IMG/VR virus record: IMGVR_UViG_3300009709_000021 | Coordinates: 38,183 to 102,182 of that record | Direction: 5' to 3' (one strand) | From: a virus | Length of the DNA: 64,000 bases | Part shown: positions 1-8,588 of the stretch, one piece after another | How positions within the stretch are numbered: the first letter of the stretch is position 1 | Layout of the letters: every line of letters begins with the position of its first letter | Made by a program: the position numbers and the translations under genes | Notes under the pieces: generated by a model | What the model was told of the DNA's origin: nothing | The model's database searches: none | The model's input: the letters and a program-made list of their open reading frames with translations, nothing else

Positions 1-2
1 TA

Positions 3-473
3 GACACCCCGGACGTGGATGGACCTGCCATTCGCCGCCTTCGTGAAGTCGAACCTGATCGTCCAATTCTGGGCATTATCGAAGAAATCGATATGCAGAT
101 CAATGAATACGACGAAGCGGAATGGGCGAGTTTGTTGGACGGTGAGTACAGCGTTAACAACATCATTTGGGTAGCAACAACGAATAACATTGAAAAGCTT
201 CATCCTCGGTTCCGTAACCGGCCAAGTCGCTTTGACATGGTTGTTGAAGTCGGTATGCCTACCAAAAATGACCGGGCCCGTTACGTTGCCCATAAATTCA
301 GCAGTGTTTCTGCCGAACTTTTGAATAAAATTGCCGTTGATACCGAAGGGTTTAGTCTGGCCCATCTCAAGGAGCTTCTGGTGGCAACAGAATGTCTGGA
401 AGTTCCCTATGCCGATGCTCTGACTCGCCTAAAGCTCATGATTGAAACTGAGACTAAAGAAGCAAATCATTGA
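3..473 (+). CDS. AAA+ ATPase, C-terminal part (5' truncated by window edge)
   Basis: Walker-B-like IIEEID, sensor-1 ATTN, arginine finger RPSRFD, lid TEGFSLAHLKEL; frame open to the window start. Confidence 0.85.
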   Translation, partial: DTPDVDGPAIRRLREVEPDRPILGIIEEIDMQINEYDEAEWASLLDGEYSVNNIIWVATTNNIEKLHPRFRNRPSRFDMVVEVGMPTKNDRARYVAHKFSSVSAELLNKIAVDTEGFSLAHLKELLVATECLEVPYADALTRLKLMIETETKEANH

Positions 474-499
474 CGATAAGGCGCTGTCTGTGGTAAAGT
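470..499 (+). promoter_or_regulatory. sigma70-type promoter
   Basis: TTGACG-18 bp-TAAAGT with TG extension, upstream of ORF 524. Confidence 0.45.
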
Positions 500-523
500 C
501 TAGTTTTACTAAGGCAGTGCCGT

Positions 524-778
524 ATGTCTTTAACAAAACCCTTCGGTGACTTAGAAGTTTGTAGGCATGGGAAGAGTCTGAATAGTCTTGCCACTGGCGT
601 GGATTCATGTAAAGCTTGTGAAGCTGAAGCCAGTGAAAAGATCCAGACTCTTTTATTACATCAGCATTTCATCAATGCTTTTTTTCATTTAATCAATTTT
701 GAATTCTCCTTAGCTTTTGGAGGAATCATAGTTGGAATTGGTATGTCAATCTTAAAGGTAATAAGATGTCTGAAATAA
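524..778 (+). CDS. small membrane protein with possible Zn motif
   Basis: CRHG...CKAC near the N-terminus; hydrophobic C-terminal helix. Confidence 0.55.
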   Translation: MSLTKPFGDLEVCRHGKSLNSLATGVDSCKACEAEASEKIQTLLLHQHFINAFFHLINFEFSLAFGGIIVGIGMSILKVIRCLK

Positions 779-1446
779 ATACACAATACGGGGCCAATCT
801 GCTTCATCTACCTATTCCCGATAAAGAAAAAGTAATTAACCTTCTTCAAGGTTATAAAGAACTTGGGATAAATCCCACTATTCTTGTGGATCTGGATGGG
901 GTAGTTTTTGATTGGTCGAACTTTGTTCGTAGTGAACTGCATGAAATTCTTCCTCCAGAACAACACAAAACTCATGAAGAAATTCATAGTTTTTATCTGG
1001 AAGATGTTTATCCAGGTGAGGAAGCGGCAAGGCACCTTAAGAAGATCACTTCGTCCAAGGGGTTATACAGTAGCCTCAATCCTATTGAAGGTTCTGTTGA
1101 AGCAGTTAAAAAGCTAGGTGAACTCGGGTATGAAGTATTCTTCTGTACTGCCCCGGAAACAGAATATCAGGATCAGATGTGTTGGTCAGAGAAGGCTCAG
1201 GCAATCGAAAGTCACTTCGGCGAAGCGTGGGTTCGTAAACTGATTATAACTAAGGATAAAACTTTGATTAAGGGAGATGTATTGGTTGATGATAAACCAT
1301 CCCGACAAATCAAAGGTCTCTATATGCCGGAATGGATACAGTTATTGTTTGATCAACCTTACAACAAGGATCCCCGCCAAGTTCACGATACAACGTGGCG
1401 TGGTCGTTGGAAAGATCTTTTTGATGTACTTGGAGAAACACTTTGA
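766..1446 (+). CDS. 5'(3')-deoxyribonucleotidase (NT5C, HAD family)
   Basis: DLDGVVFD HAD motif I, CTAP, EKAQ..HFG, KDKTLIKGDVLVDDKP, LFDQPYN. Confidence 0.93.
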   Translation: MSEINTQYGANLLHLPIPDKEKVINLLQGYKELGINPTILVDLDGVVFDWSNFVRSELHEILPPEQHKTHEEIHSFYLEDVYPGEEAARHLKKITSSKGLYSSLNPIEGSVEAVKKLGELGYEVFFCTAPETEYQDQMCWSEKAQAIESHFGEAWVRKLIITKDKTLIKGDVLVDDKPSRQIKGLYMPEWIQLLFDQPYNKDPRQVHDTTWRGRWKDLFDVLGETL

Positions 1447-1883
1447 GCGAATTGTACGACCTGATTGCTAAAGACCGACTCATTGCTCGGAAGCATAAGA
1501 ACGCTGATAAGGCCAGCTTACTTACTGTTCTTGTTGGTGACATTGATAAGAAGGCTAAAGACGATGGTGATCGTAAGCCTACAGATGAAGATTGTTTGGC
1601 TTCAATTAAAAAACTCCTTAAAGCTGTTGAGGAGAATTTGAAATACAAGCCGGGTGAATCCGAATTTCTTATCGAAAAAAACATTCTCGAATACTATTTG
1701 CCATCGCAACTTAATGAAGTTCAACTCCTAGAACTTTTTGAGGAAGCGAAGCCACTTAACATTGGCTCGGCAATGTCGTATCTCAAGATGAATTTTCCAG
1801 GTCAGTACGATTCCAAGTTAGCATCAAAAGTAGCCAAAGAATACTTGGAGATTGAAAATGGTAAGCAAGTCAGTACAACTTGA
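1443..1883 (+). CDS. GatB/YqeY-domain protein
   Basis: DRLIARK..LLTVLVGDI, E..ILEYYLPSQL, IGSAMSYLK pattern typical of YqeY. Confidence 0.85.
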   Translation: MSELYDLIAKDRLIARKHKNADKASLLTVLVGDIDKKAKDDGDRKPTDEDCLASIKKLLKAVEENLKYKPGESEFLIEKNILEYYLPSQLNEVQLLELFEEAKPLNIGSAMSYLKMNFPGQYDSKLASKVAKEYLEIENGKQVSTT

Positions 1884-2220
1884 AACTGATTTATATAGGG
1901 CTATTGACGGGTTTGTCATTGCCCGCATTGAAGATATGCTAGGCACAGATGATCCAGGAATTTCTTTGTCGGCAGCAAAAGAAGCATTAATGAAACAACT
2001 ACGCATTCTGTGCAATGAAGCATGTAGTTATAAGCCAGAGCCCGTACTTGGGCCCATTTATCCCATTCATGGTGGTAATAGGGATGATGGGTTTTTCGGG
2101 TCTCCAGGGATCACTCAACCTATTGGCCCTATCGTTGCACAATCAGCACTTGTAACAATCGAAGATAATTTTCACATGAAAGATCTGTTCGCCAAAGATC
2201 TTGGAATTGCAGATTTTTGA
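1852..2220 (+). CDS. hypothetical protein
   Basis: 122-aa ORF continuing the operon. Confidence 0.6.
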   Translation: MKMVSKSVQLETDLYRAIDGFVIARIEDMLGTDDPGISLSAAKEALMKQLRILCNEACSYKPEPVLGPIYPIHGGNRDDGFFGSPGITQPIGPIVAQSALVTIEDNFHMKDLFAKDLGIADF

Positions 2221-2241
2221 TTAGATATTTTGTTCAAACTG

Positions 2242-2288
2242 TGGTATTAGTAATTTGTGGGAAGATAATTAGCCTGAAATTATCTTCC
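2242..2288 (+). promoter_or_regulatory. phage promoter motif TGGTATTAG plus leader hairpin
   Basis: Motif copy at 2242-2250; 11-bp inverted repeat GGAAGATAATT/AATTATCTTCC at 2260-2288. Confidence 0.7.
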
Positions 2289-2333
2289 TATTTTTTCCAT
2301 TAACTCAGGTCTTGTAATAAAAGAGACGTAACT

Positions 2334-2591
2334 ATGACAACCATCTCCGCAACTCGTGTTAGCGGCACTGTTCTTCGCAATGCGGCTCGTATGCGTTGGA
2401 CTTCCGGTTTGACTCGGAAACAATATACCGAAGCTACCGGCATTTCGCCCAGCACTCAACAACGGATTGAGCAGCACTATCTGGGTGGCAGCACCTACAA
2501 TCCTACGCTTCAAACGCTGATTAAGCTGGCTTCAGCTTATGGTGTAACCCTCGACGAATTCACTCGTACTACGCTTATTCGTCCGAACTAA
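2334..2591 (+). CDS. XRE-family helix-turn-helix regulator
   Basis: GLTRKQYTEATGISPSTQQRIE...NPTLQTLIKLASAYGV matches the XRE HTH pattern. Confidence 0.85.
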   Translation: MTTISATRVSGTVLRNAARMRWTSGLTRKQYTEATGISPSTQQRIEQHYLGGSTYNPTLQTLIKLASAYGVTLDEFTRTTLIRPN

Positions 2592-2600
2592 GGAAATACC

Positions 2601-2900
2601 ATGACTGTCCGAGCAAAATTTACAGTTCAAAGCGTTACTCGGCAGCAAGGTAGCCGATACGTTCCTTCAAAAAATCCAGGGCATCATGGGACTTATGAGC
2701 CCTGTGAATTACTAACTATCAAGCTGAATCCGGTTTATGACCCTGAGCCTGGTAGTGAAAATCACGAGTTCTGGTCGGCCACTCCGAGTGGTAACATTGA
2801 ACTCGGCGTTGTCAAAGGCGAAACAGGTCGTTACTTTGAACTGGGTGCAGAATACTATATCGATTTCACTCGGGTTGGCGAAGAAGCTCCAGAGGGTTAA
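2601..2900 (+). CDS. conserved phage hypothetical protein
   Basis: MTVRAKF...EN..FW.ATPSG.IEL...F..G.EYYIDF pattern seen in many phage proteins; SD AAGGA. Confidence 0.75.
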   Translation: MTVRAKFTVQSVTRQQGSRYVPSKNPGHHGTYEPCELLTIKLNPVYDPEPGSENHEFWSATPSGNIELGVVKGETGRYFELGAEYYIDFTRVGEEAPEG

Positions 2901-2917
2901 ACAATTCGTTTAAACCT

Positions 2918-2960
2918 TGGTATTAGAAATATGGGAAGAAAGCTTAGGCTTATTCCTATT
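2918..2960 (+). promoter_or_regulatory. phage promoter motif TGGTATTAG plus leader hairpin
   Basis: Motif at 2918-2926, followed by imperfect inverted repeat GGGAA..AAGC-TTAG-GCTT.TTCCT. Confidence 0.65.
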
Positions 2961-2998
2961 GTTACGAATCACTTCTTTTTCGTAAACCGGGGGTCGAG

Positions 2999-3190
2999 AT
3001 GAGTCGCATCCAGAAAGTAACTGTGTATCACGAAGGCGTAGCTATTTGCGAAGATGAGTTCGGAAAGTTTCTTATCGAACATGCTAATGCAAAACTGACG
3101 CCTTTGCCGGAACCGAGAACATGCTATCTCACAGAACCGAAAGTGCTAACGCAACCTAGGAAATTTGAGGTAGAACTTGAAGTAGCGTAA
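2999..3190 (+). CDS. hypothetical protein
   Basis: 63-aa ORF with SD-like GGGGG, downstream of the promoter motif. Confidence 0.6.
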   Translation: MSRIQKVTVYHEGVAICEDEFGKFLIEHANAKLTPLPEPRTCYLTEPKVLTQPRKFEVELEVA

Positions 3191-3194
3191 CTGA

Positions 3195-3797
3195 TGTATT
3201 CCGGCGGCTGGTTTAGCGCCGGGCCCAATAAGTCTATCATAGCCTGATGTAACGGCCGACTGAGAAGCTACTTCTCGGAGAACTTGGCCCTCTTAGAATT
3301 CGGAAGAATTCACGAGGGGGAGTCCGACCAGTTATTGGGTTTTAAGAATTTGGGCGTAAGCCCTACCGCTTTAGTACTTTGCTTTACCTAACATAAGCAG
3401 TTAGGAGGATGCAGCTAGGAAGTAACTTCCTGGATATCTGCTTCCTGTCCTGTGGACAGGAGTACGACGGCCGCCGGCGAGCACTGGGTGAGCACATCTC
3501 CTCTAGAAGACGTCTGCAGGCGAGATCGGCGCATGAGTAAAGCGGTTTCATTTTCATAATTTGTTTTTATTTTCACGACAAGTATTTCGCTGTGTAATAT
3601 GTTTGCGGTATTATCGTATTACCGAGAATGCGGCTGGTAAGTACCTTGCCGGCGGGCGCTTTCTCCTTCTGCGAAGGAGAGGGCCGGGCCCATAATTATT
3701 AAAGTTATTAGTAGATGTAGATCTGGTCTCCAGGAAGAGCTGTATTTCCACGAGTTGTCGTAGCATTTGCATTTCCCCATTGGACGTTCCACGTCCC
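3195..3797 (+). ncRNA. candidate large structured non-coding RNA of unknown class
   Basis: No ORF in the track; GC-richer than flanks; long-range helices 3224-3231/3332-3339, 3365-3373/3538-3546, 3575-3581/3755-3761 enclose many hairpins; followed by an intrinsic terminator. Strand inferred from the promoter/terminator context. Confidence 0.65.
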
Positions 3798-3800
3798 TTT

Positions 3801-3826
3801 GCCGTTACTCGTTAGCGGCTTTTTTT
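3801..3826 (+). terminator. Rho-independent terminator
   Basis: GCCGTTA-CTCGT-TAGCGGC followed by T7. Confidence 0.8.
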
Positions 3827-3837
3827 AGTTGAATATT

Positions 3838-4839
3838 ATGTCTATTTTTGTACTTTATCACGCTAACTGTTTCGATGGCTTCGGGGCTAAATACGCCGCC
3901 TGGAGAAAATTTGGAAACAACGCTGAATACATTGCCGTAAATTACGGGCAGCCTCTCCCGAACATAAGCGGTATCACAACTTTAAGCAAGGTTGCGGTGG
4001 GAGAGCGGTATCAATTTGAAGCTCTGTCCCTTGTTAAAACGGAAGACTCTGAAACTACCCCTATTAATACTGGATTTGTAGAGATACCAAGATCTCCAAA
4101 TTCAATAGTAACTACGGAAGTTGATGTGTATATACTAGACTTTTCGTATCCACGGGATGTTTTAGAAGAATTACGTAAACGGGTCCGTACTTTAGTGGTA
4201 CTAGACCACCACAAAACTGCTCAAGAAGATCTCAAAGGTCTGGACTACGCCACATTTAACATGAACAAATCTGGTGCTGTCTTGGCTTGGGAATACTTTC
4301 ATCCAGATAAAGATGTTCCTTCAATCCTTTTGGATATTCAGGACGGCGATCTCTGGAAGTTTGAAAGACCTAACACAGAGAAAATTAGAGCAGCGTTGCC
4401 ATTGATTAAATTCGATCTCTTATCTCTGCATTCTTGTGCTATGTATGAAGACGACTACGAATGGCTCTTAGGTCAAGGAGAGTCTATTCTAACTTCTGAA
4501 AACGTTGAAATTAGTCACCGAGTACCTAAACATGTTCACAAAACTACTTTGTACGGCTACTCTTGTGGCTGTATTAATTGCACCACGCTCATCTCAAAAA
4601 CTGGCTCGGCTATTGTCAATGATGAAACCCTTAGAGTCGACGTTGCTTTAATGTATCAAATCATTGAAGATGGTAAAGTACTCCTTAGTTTTCGGGCTGC
4701 CAAAGACAATGACGTAGACGTTTCCGTTCTTGCCAAGGAATTCGGTGGTGGAGGTCACGCCAAAGCAGCGGGCGGAAGATGCTACCTTAAAACTCTACAA
4801 AATATTCTTGACGGTATACTTGACGGCAAATGCGCTTAA
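3838..4839 (+). CDS. DHH/DHHA1 family phosphoesterase
   Basis: YHANCFDG, ILDFSY, LDHH, KSGAVLAW, D.DLWKF, FGGGGHAKAAG; ATG 3838 preferred over TTG 3829. Confidence 0.93.
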   Translation: MSIFVLYHANCFDGFGAKYAAWRKFGNNAEYIAVNYGQPLPNISGITTLSKVAVGERYQFEALSLVKTEDSETTPINTGFVEIPRSPNSIVTTEVDVYILDFSYPRDVLEELRKRVRTLVVLDHHKTAQEDLKGLDYATFNMNKSGAVLAWEYFHPDKDVPSILLDIQDGDLWKFERPNTEKIRAALPLIKFDLLSLHSCAMYEDDYEWLLGQGESILTSENVEISHRVPKHVHKTTLYGYSCGCINCTTLISKTGSAIVNDETLRVDVALMYQIIEDGKVLLSFRAAKDNDVDVSVLAKEFGGGGHAKAAGGRCYLKTLQNILDGILDGKCA

Positions 4840-4848
4840 GTATAAAAT
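4820..4848 (+). promoter_or_regulatory. sigma70-type promoter
   Basis: TTGACG-17 bp-TAAAAT upstream of ORF 4866. Confidence 0.55.
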
Positions 4849-4865
4849 GAAATATTCCAATTACT

Positions 4866-5360
4866 ATGGAGGCCGAAATGGCTTTCTCATCAATTAGCGG
4901 CATCGACATTAATGAAGTTATATCCCCAGCGGGGGAGAATAGGCACATTGGCATTCCTTGGCCTACTAACGGAGGATTTAATAATGCTTACGAAGGACTT
5001 AGCCGCACCATAAATTCAAATGGAGTTGGTGCTGGCGACATTTTCCGAACTAATCCCAGTCCCTCTTTAGTATATTATGATAACGCTCCTAATGATCCGT
5101 ATACCTACGTCCAGAATATCCAGACCTTTAAGCAGAACGAGATTCAAATGGGCTCGTATTCTGTCAGTTATGTGAAAGAACTCGAAGCTGGTAAAGAAGA
5201 GGCTGAGATAAAGTATATGCTTCTTCATTCCAAAGTAATAGACTTATTGAAAGCAATTTCAAGAATGAAAACAATGCCAGAAGATTTTTTCGGCAGTCCG
5301 GCATCAGTAGTTATTTATATGGATTTACTTGTTAGTAGCGCAATTGGAGGTATCAAATGA
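4866..5360 (+). CDS. hypothetical protein
   Basis: 164-aa ORF (may start at ATG 4878 after GGAGG); ATGA overlap with the next gene. Confidence 0.65.
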   Translation: MEAEMAFSSISGIDINEVISPAGENRHIGIPWPTNGGFNNAYEGLSRTINSNGVGAGDIFRTNPSPSLVYYDNAPNDPYTYVQNIQTFKQNEIQMGSYSVSYVKELEAGKEEAEIKYMLLHSKVIDLLKAISRMKTMPEDFFGSPASVVIYMDLLVSSAIGGIK

Positions 5361-6223
5361 CAGTTGAAATAAAGACACTTACGCATTATTTGACGGAAAT
5401 GATCCATGTACAGGATGATTTAGGTCTTCGTCAAAACACGCATTGGCGTGAAAAAGATTGGGACTTCCGGCTTGCGGCAATCGAAGAAGTCATTGAAACA
5501 ATAGAGCATCTGAAATGGAAATGGTGGAAAAACTCAGATAATATTACTGAGAAAGACATTGATTGGGAAGCTGTTCATTATGAAGCAGCAGACGTGTTTA
5601 ACTTTTTGACAACATATTTGCTAAAAGAATGTAGCTACCACTCGGTGGTTCGGACCTTTGTTAAGAGCTATGAACGATCGTTAAGTGGGGATTTCCAATC
5701 TCCTTCGATTAAGAATGCATTGTCGTTTTCCAAAGATTTGATTGGTAGTCTGATCGGAAATCGGTTTGCGGAAGATGAATCTTATGCGACATACCAGGGG
5801 GAAGAATTGGCCCTCATGTATTTCAGATTTCTACATGCAGTTGGCCTTGATCCCGTTCGTCTTCGTGCTATTTATTTGGCAAAAGCAGAACTCAACATTT
5901 TCCGTTGGGAAAATGGAATGAAGGAAGGCACTTACATCAATGTTTGGAACGGTGTTAAAGACGATGTGTTCCTCAAGAAGATTGTCAATATGACAAATGA
6001 ACAGGATCCTAATTATCGTCAGCTCATTGCCCAAAGCATTGCTAATATCTATACCCAAGTAAAAGGTGAAGATATGACAATCCTTCATAAAGCCGCAAGT
6101 TCAGGTTTAAACCCTCAAGCTCGTGCTCAACAAATGCAGGTCTTACAAAAAACTCCTACGAAAGCTCCACGGCCTTCGCATGAAACGGAGAAAGGTTCTA
6201 CTCCACCTCCGGATGCTGCGTAA
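5357..6223 (+). CDS. dimeric (all-alpha) dUTPase-like protein with low-complexity C-terminal tail
   Basis: Q..L, EE..E.IEH..WKWWK, YEAADVFNF, YLAKAELNIFR, Y...WNG..D motifs of the dUTPase_2 family. Confidence 0.85.
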   Translation: MTVEIKTLTHYLTEMIHVQDDLGLRQNTHWREKDWDFRLAAIEEVIETIEHLKWKWWKNSDNITEKDIDWEAVHYEAADVFNFLTTYLLKECSYHSVVRTFVKSYERSLSGDFQSPSIKNALSFSKDLIGSLIGNRFAEDESYATYQGEELALMYFRFLHAVGLDPVRLRAIYLAKAELNIFRWENGMKEGTYINVWNGVKDDVFLKKIVNMTNEQDPNYRQLIAQSIANIYTQVKGEDMTILHKAASSGLNPQARAQQMQVLQKTPTKAPRPSHETEKGSTPPPDAA

Positions 6224-6230
6224 GTAATGA

Positions 6231-6262
6231 TAAGCCCAATTAAAACCTGGGCTTATTTTTTA
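6231..6262 (+). terminator. Rho-independent terminator
   Basis: TAAGCCCA...TGGGCTTA followed by T6. Confidence 0.75.
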
Positions 6263-6266
6263 GATT

Positions 6267-6309
6267 TGGTATAAGAATAATGTAGGAGAGAGCTGTATTT
6301 CAAACTACA
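6267..6309 (+). promoter_or_regulatory. phage promoter motif TGGTATAAG
   Basis: Motif 6267-6275 directly after a terminator; TGTAG...CTACA leader stem. Confidence 0.7.
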
Positions 6310-6326
6310 CTTACCGGAGTAACGCT

Positions 6327-6599
6327 ATGATCTCAGCTAGAGAAGCATTAGATATAACAAATGAAGCTGTAGCAAAAGAAGACCGTGAGATAGGGGTACA
6401 GGAAGCACTCCAAACTATAGATGCTTGTATAAGATCTGCAGCAAAGCAAAGAAAGTATGGGGCTCATATAAAGATTATGGATAATATGAGTAAGACCTCC
6501 GTTAACATTGTCTTAGAAAATTTAAGGCAACGTGGGTTTCAAGCCCATGCTTATTCAAACGAATTTCTGGTAATCAGTTGGTCACCGAAAATCATTTAA
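6327..6599 (+). CDS. small paralog-family protein 1 (MISAxEA...GY/F...W)
   Basis: Shares MISA.EA start, I..AA..., L...G[FY], I.W pattern with neighbours. Confidence 0.8.
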   Translation: MISAREALDITNEAVAKEDREIGVQEALQTIDACIRSAAKQRKYGAHIKIMDNMSKTSVNIVLENLRQRGFQAHAYSNEFLVISWSPKII

Positions 6600-6605
6600 G
6601 GGCAG

Positions 6606-6635
6606 AGGCCCGGAATTATCGGGCTTCTTTTTTTA
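6606..6635 (+). terminator. Rho-independent terminator
   Basis: AGGCCCG...CGGGCTT followed by a T run. Confidence 0.75.
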
Positions 6636-6647
6636 GTCTCTTCAAAT

Positions 6648-6656
6648 TGGTATAAG
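6648..6656 (+). promoter_or_regulatory. phage promoter motif TGGTATAAG
   Basis: Exact motif copy after the terminator. Confidence 0.7.
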
Positions 6657-6698
6657 AAAAGTAGTAAAGAAAACTTCTTAACCTAATTGAGGTATAAA

Positions 6699-6977
6699 AT
6701 GATTTCTGCTAGTGAAGCTGGTCGTCAGGTAAAACAAATCAAAGATGGGCTGTACAAGGATGAGTTGCTCAACCGAGTTTTAAGTAATATGGAGAAACAA
6801 ATCCTAGAGGCAATTGCTCTCGGCCAAACTAAGGTTGTCTGCTTCGTCCTGTACTACTTCCGGCCGGACATTTCTAAATTAGCTATCACTCGGATGCGTG
6901 ACCTCGGCTATAAAGTAACAACCCAAGAAGGCCTAGACTCGACGTGTATCGTCGAATGGTCTTCACACGTTAGATAG
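6699..6977 (+). CDS. small paralog-family protein 2
   Basis: MISASEA...ILEAIALG...MRDLGYKV...VEW; ATG 6699 after GAGG. Confidence 0.8.
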   Translation: MISASEAGRQVKQIKDGLYKDELLNRVLSNMEKQILEAIALGQTKVVCFVLYYFRPDISKLAITRMRDLGYKVTTQEGLDSTCIVEWSSHVR

Positions 6978-6985
6978 GAGAAGTA

Positions 6986-7261
6986 ATGATTACGGCGAAA
7001 GAGGCTCGGGAGTTACTTGATACCAGAGTCAAGGCTACTAGCCATACTACATCCGAAATTTGGTTTACCAGACTTCGGATATCGGCTGAATTGGCAATTG
7101 CCGAAGCTATTATAGACGGTTGTTGGGAAACGTACCTAACTCCGTTTGCTACCAAAGATATCGTAGACGCTGTGGTAGCAGATCTTGTGAAATGTGGTTT
7201 TGATGCCAAAGTCGAAACTCCCAAAGGTATTTTGTGCATCTTAATTAATTGGCGAAATTAA
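6986..7261 (+). CDS. small paralog-family protein 3
   Basis: MITAKEA...IAEAIIDG...LVKCGF...INW; SD AGGAG. Confidence 0.8.
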   Translation: MITAKEARELLDTRVKATSHTTSEIWFTRLRISAELAIAEAIIDGCWETYLTPFATKDIVDAVVADLVKCGFDAKVETPKGILCILINWRN

Positions 7262-7287
7262 ACCGGCTTTCCGGGATAAGGGCTACT

Positions 7288-7557
7288 ATGATTGCGGCTG
7301 AAGATGCTAAAAGAATTACTCTTAACGCGACGGTTAAAGCAACATATGAAAGGAACATACGTGCAGCTTTTCGCTATGCAGAAGATCATATCCTAGATGC
7401 TGCTAATGATGGGCGTGGAGCTGTAGTTTTCTGCTTACCACCAAGTGTTAATAAAGATATTTTCGACGATATCATACCTCATCTCAGAGTTAAGGGATAT
7501 ACAGTTATTATCTACCGTGGAAAAAGTCCAAAACCGGAATACATGATTAGCTGGTAA
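7288..7557 (+). CDS. small paralog-family protein 4
   Basis: MIAAEDA...ILDAANDG...LRVKGYTV...ISW; start moved to ATG 7288 by family alignment. Confidence 0.8.
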   Translation: MIAAEDAKRITLNATVKATYERNIRAAFRYAEDHILDAANDGRGAVVFCLPPSVNKDIFDDIIPHLRVKGYTVIIYRGKSPKPEYMISW

Positions 7558-7559
7558 AG

Positions 7560-7590
7560 AAAAGCCTGGAAACTGTCCAGGCTTTTTTTA
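7560..7590. terminator. bidirectional intrinsic terminator
   Basis: AAAAGCCTGGA-AACTG-TCCAGGCTTTTTTT between convergent genes. Confidence 0.8.
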
Positions 7591-7591
7591 G

Positions 7592-8233
7592 TTATACTCC
7601 AGGCGGTAAAGTCAATGGAGATACAGAAAGATTTTGATAAACTTCTTTGTAATGTAGAGTATCGAAGACATAAGTAGCAATAGAAGGCTTTGTGACTGGA
7701 TTTAAAGGCGTTGGAGGGTCTTGGAAGAGTAAGTTGGTAATAACCCCTTGGACTGATTCCTGAACGGCTCCTGTGAGTGTTTTGACCGTGTTCTCTTCGG
7801 TTGCAATAGCTCCGCTGACTGTAGAAAGATCGGCTGTCATTTTTACAGAGCTATACGTTGTCACTGTATCAGGAGGCGTACCCGTCGTTGTTGGAATAAG
7901 GTCGTTGTAATAGTTAGAAGGCCTAGACGCTGTAGCAGTTAAAAACCCTGCAACGGAAAACACAACCAAACCATCGTATGCACTTAGACTTGGGATAGAA
8001 GTTCCGTAAAGTTGATTCATTACGTACGCCTGATATACTGGTCCGATGAGATTGGAAATATCTGCTGAGCGGTTAGTACCAAACCATGCGTTAAGATCCG
8101 CAGCCAATTCTACGAAAAGAGGAGGCCAATTGATATCATCAACGCTGTAGGCATAGGTTTCTTGTGCTACAAGTGAAGCATACGCAGTTGGATTGTAAGT
8201 ATTAATCCAAGTTGGAATTACAGAGGTTGTCAT
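7592..8233 (-). CDS. hypothetical, probable virion protein
   Basis: 213 aa, T/S/Y-rich and Lys-poor like the late structural proteins; ATGA-coupled to the PAAR-like gene. Confidence 0.65.
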   Translation of the reverse strand: MTTSVIPTWINTYNPTAYASLVAQETYAYSVDDINWPPLFVELAADLNAWFGTNRSADISNLIGPVYQAYVMNQLYGTSIPSLSAYDGLVVFSVAGFLTATASRPSNYYNDLIPTTTGTPPDTVTTYSSVKMTADLSTVSGAIATEENTVKTLTGAVQESVQGVITNLLFQDPPTPLNPVTKPSIATYVFDTLHYKEVYQNLSVSPLTLPPGV

Positions 8234-8535
8234 AGAGAAGTCACAAAAGGTGAACCAGTTGCTGCTACATAAGGACCATTGGGAGTCGAACCTATATCCC
8301 CGACCCGATGTAAACCAAGACCATTAGCAACGCTTAAACCAGAGCCAGTTTCAGCGATAGTCATATGCCCACACGTTGCTAAACCGATGCCCCCAACAGT
8401 CATAAGTAAAAGACCATCTGCATAAGCAGTGATTGCGCCTTGGATAAACGTTGTGACATACGGGGTAGGAGAGGAGTGTAGATAGCAGACTCCTATCCCT
8501 GTGTCCCCTAAACGGCATACTGGTTGGTTGCTCAT
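8230..8535 (-). CDS. PAAR-like spike-tip protein
   Basis: Repeats CRLGD / MTVGG / HRVGD with Cys/His ligands (C..H, CGH) and terminal TGSPFV. Confidence 0.75.
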   Translation of the reverse strand: MSNQPVCRLGDTGIGVCYLHSSPTPYVTTFIQGAITAYADGLLLMTVGGIGLATCGHMTIAETGSGLSVANGLGLHRVGDIGSTPNGPYVAATGSPFVTSL

Positions 8536-8538
8536 TTT

Positions 8539-8576
8539 TGGTATAAGAAAGATAGTAGGAATTATATTTCTATCTT
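8539..8576 (+). promoter_or_regulatory. phage promoter motif TGGTATAAG plus leader hairpin
   Basis: Motif 8539-8547; AAGATAG...CTATCTT stem. Confidence 0.7.
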
Positions 8577-8588
8577 AGGAGAAAGTCA

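Noticed and set aside
3191-3300. Hammerhead ribozyme (two CTGATG cores)
   Set aside because: Both read CTGATGTA rather than CTGAnGA, and no matching GAAA strand is suitably placed
3195-3797. CsrB/RsmZ-like sponge, tRNA cluster, tmRNA, RNase P or SRP RNA
   Set aside because: Most GGA motifs are in stems; no T-loop/CCA cloverleaf; only weak partial resemblance to RNase P (GAGGGGGAGTCCG) and SRP (TCTGGTCTCCAGGAAGAGC) without the other required elements
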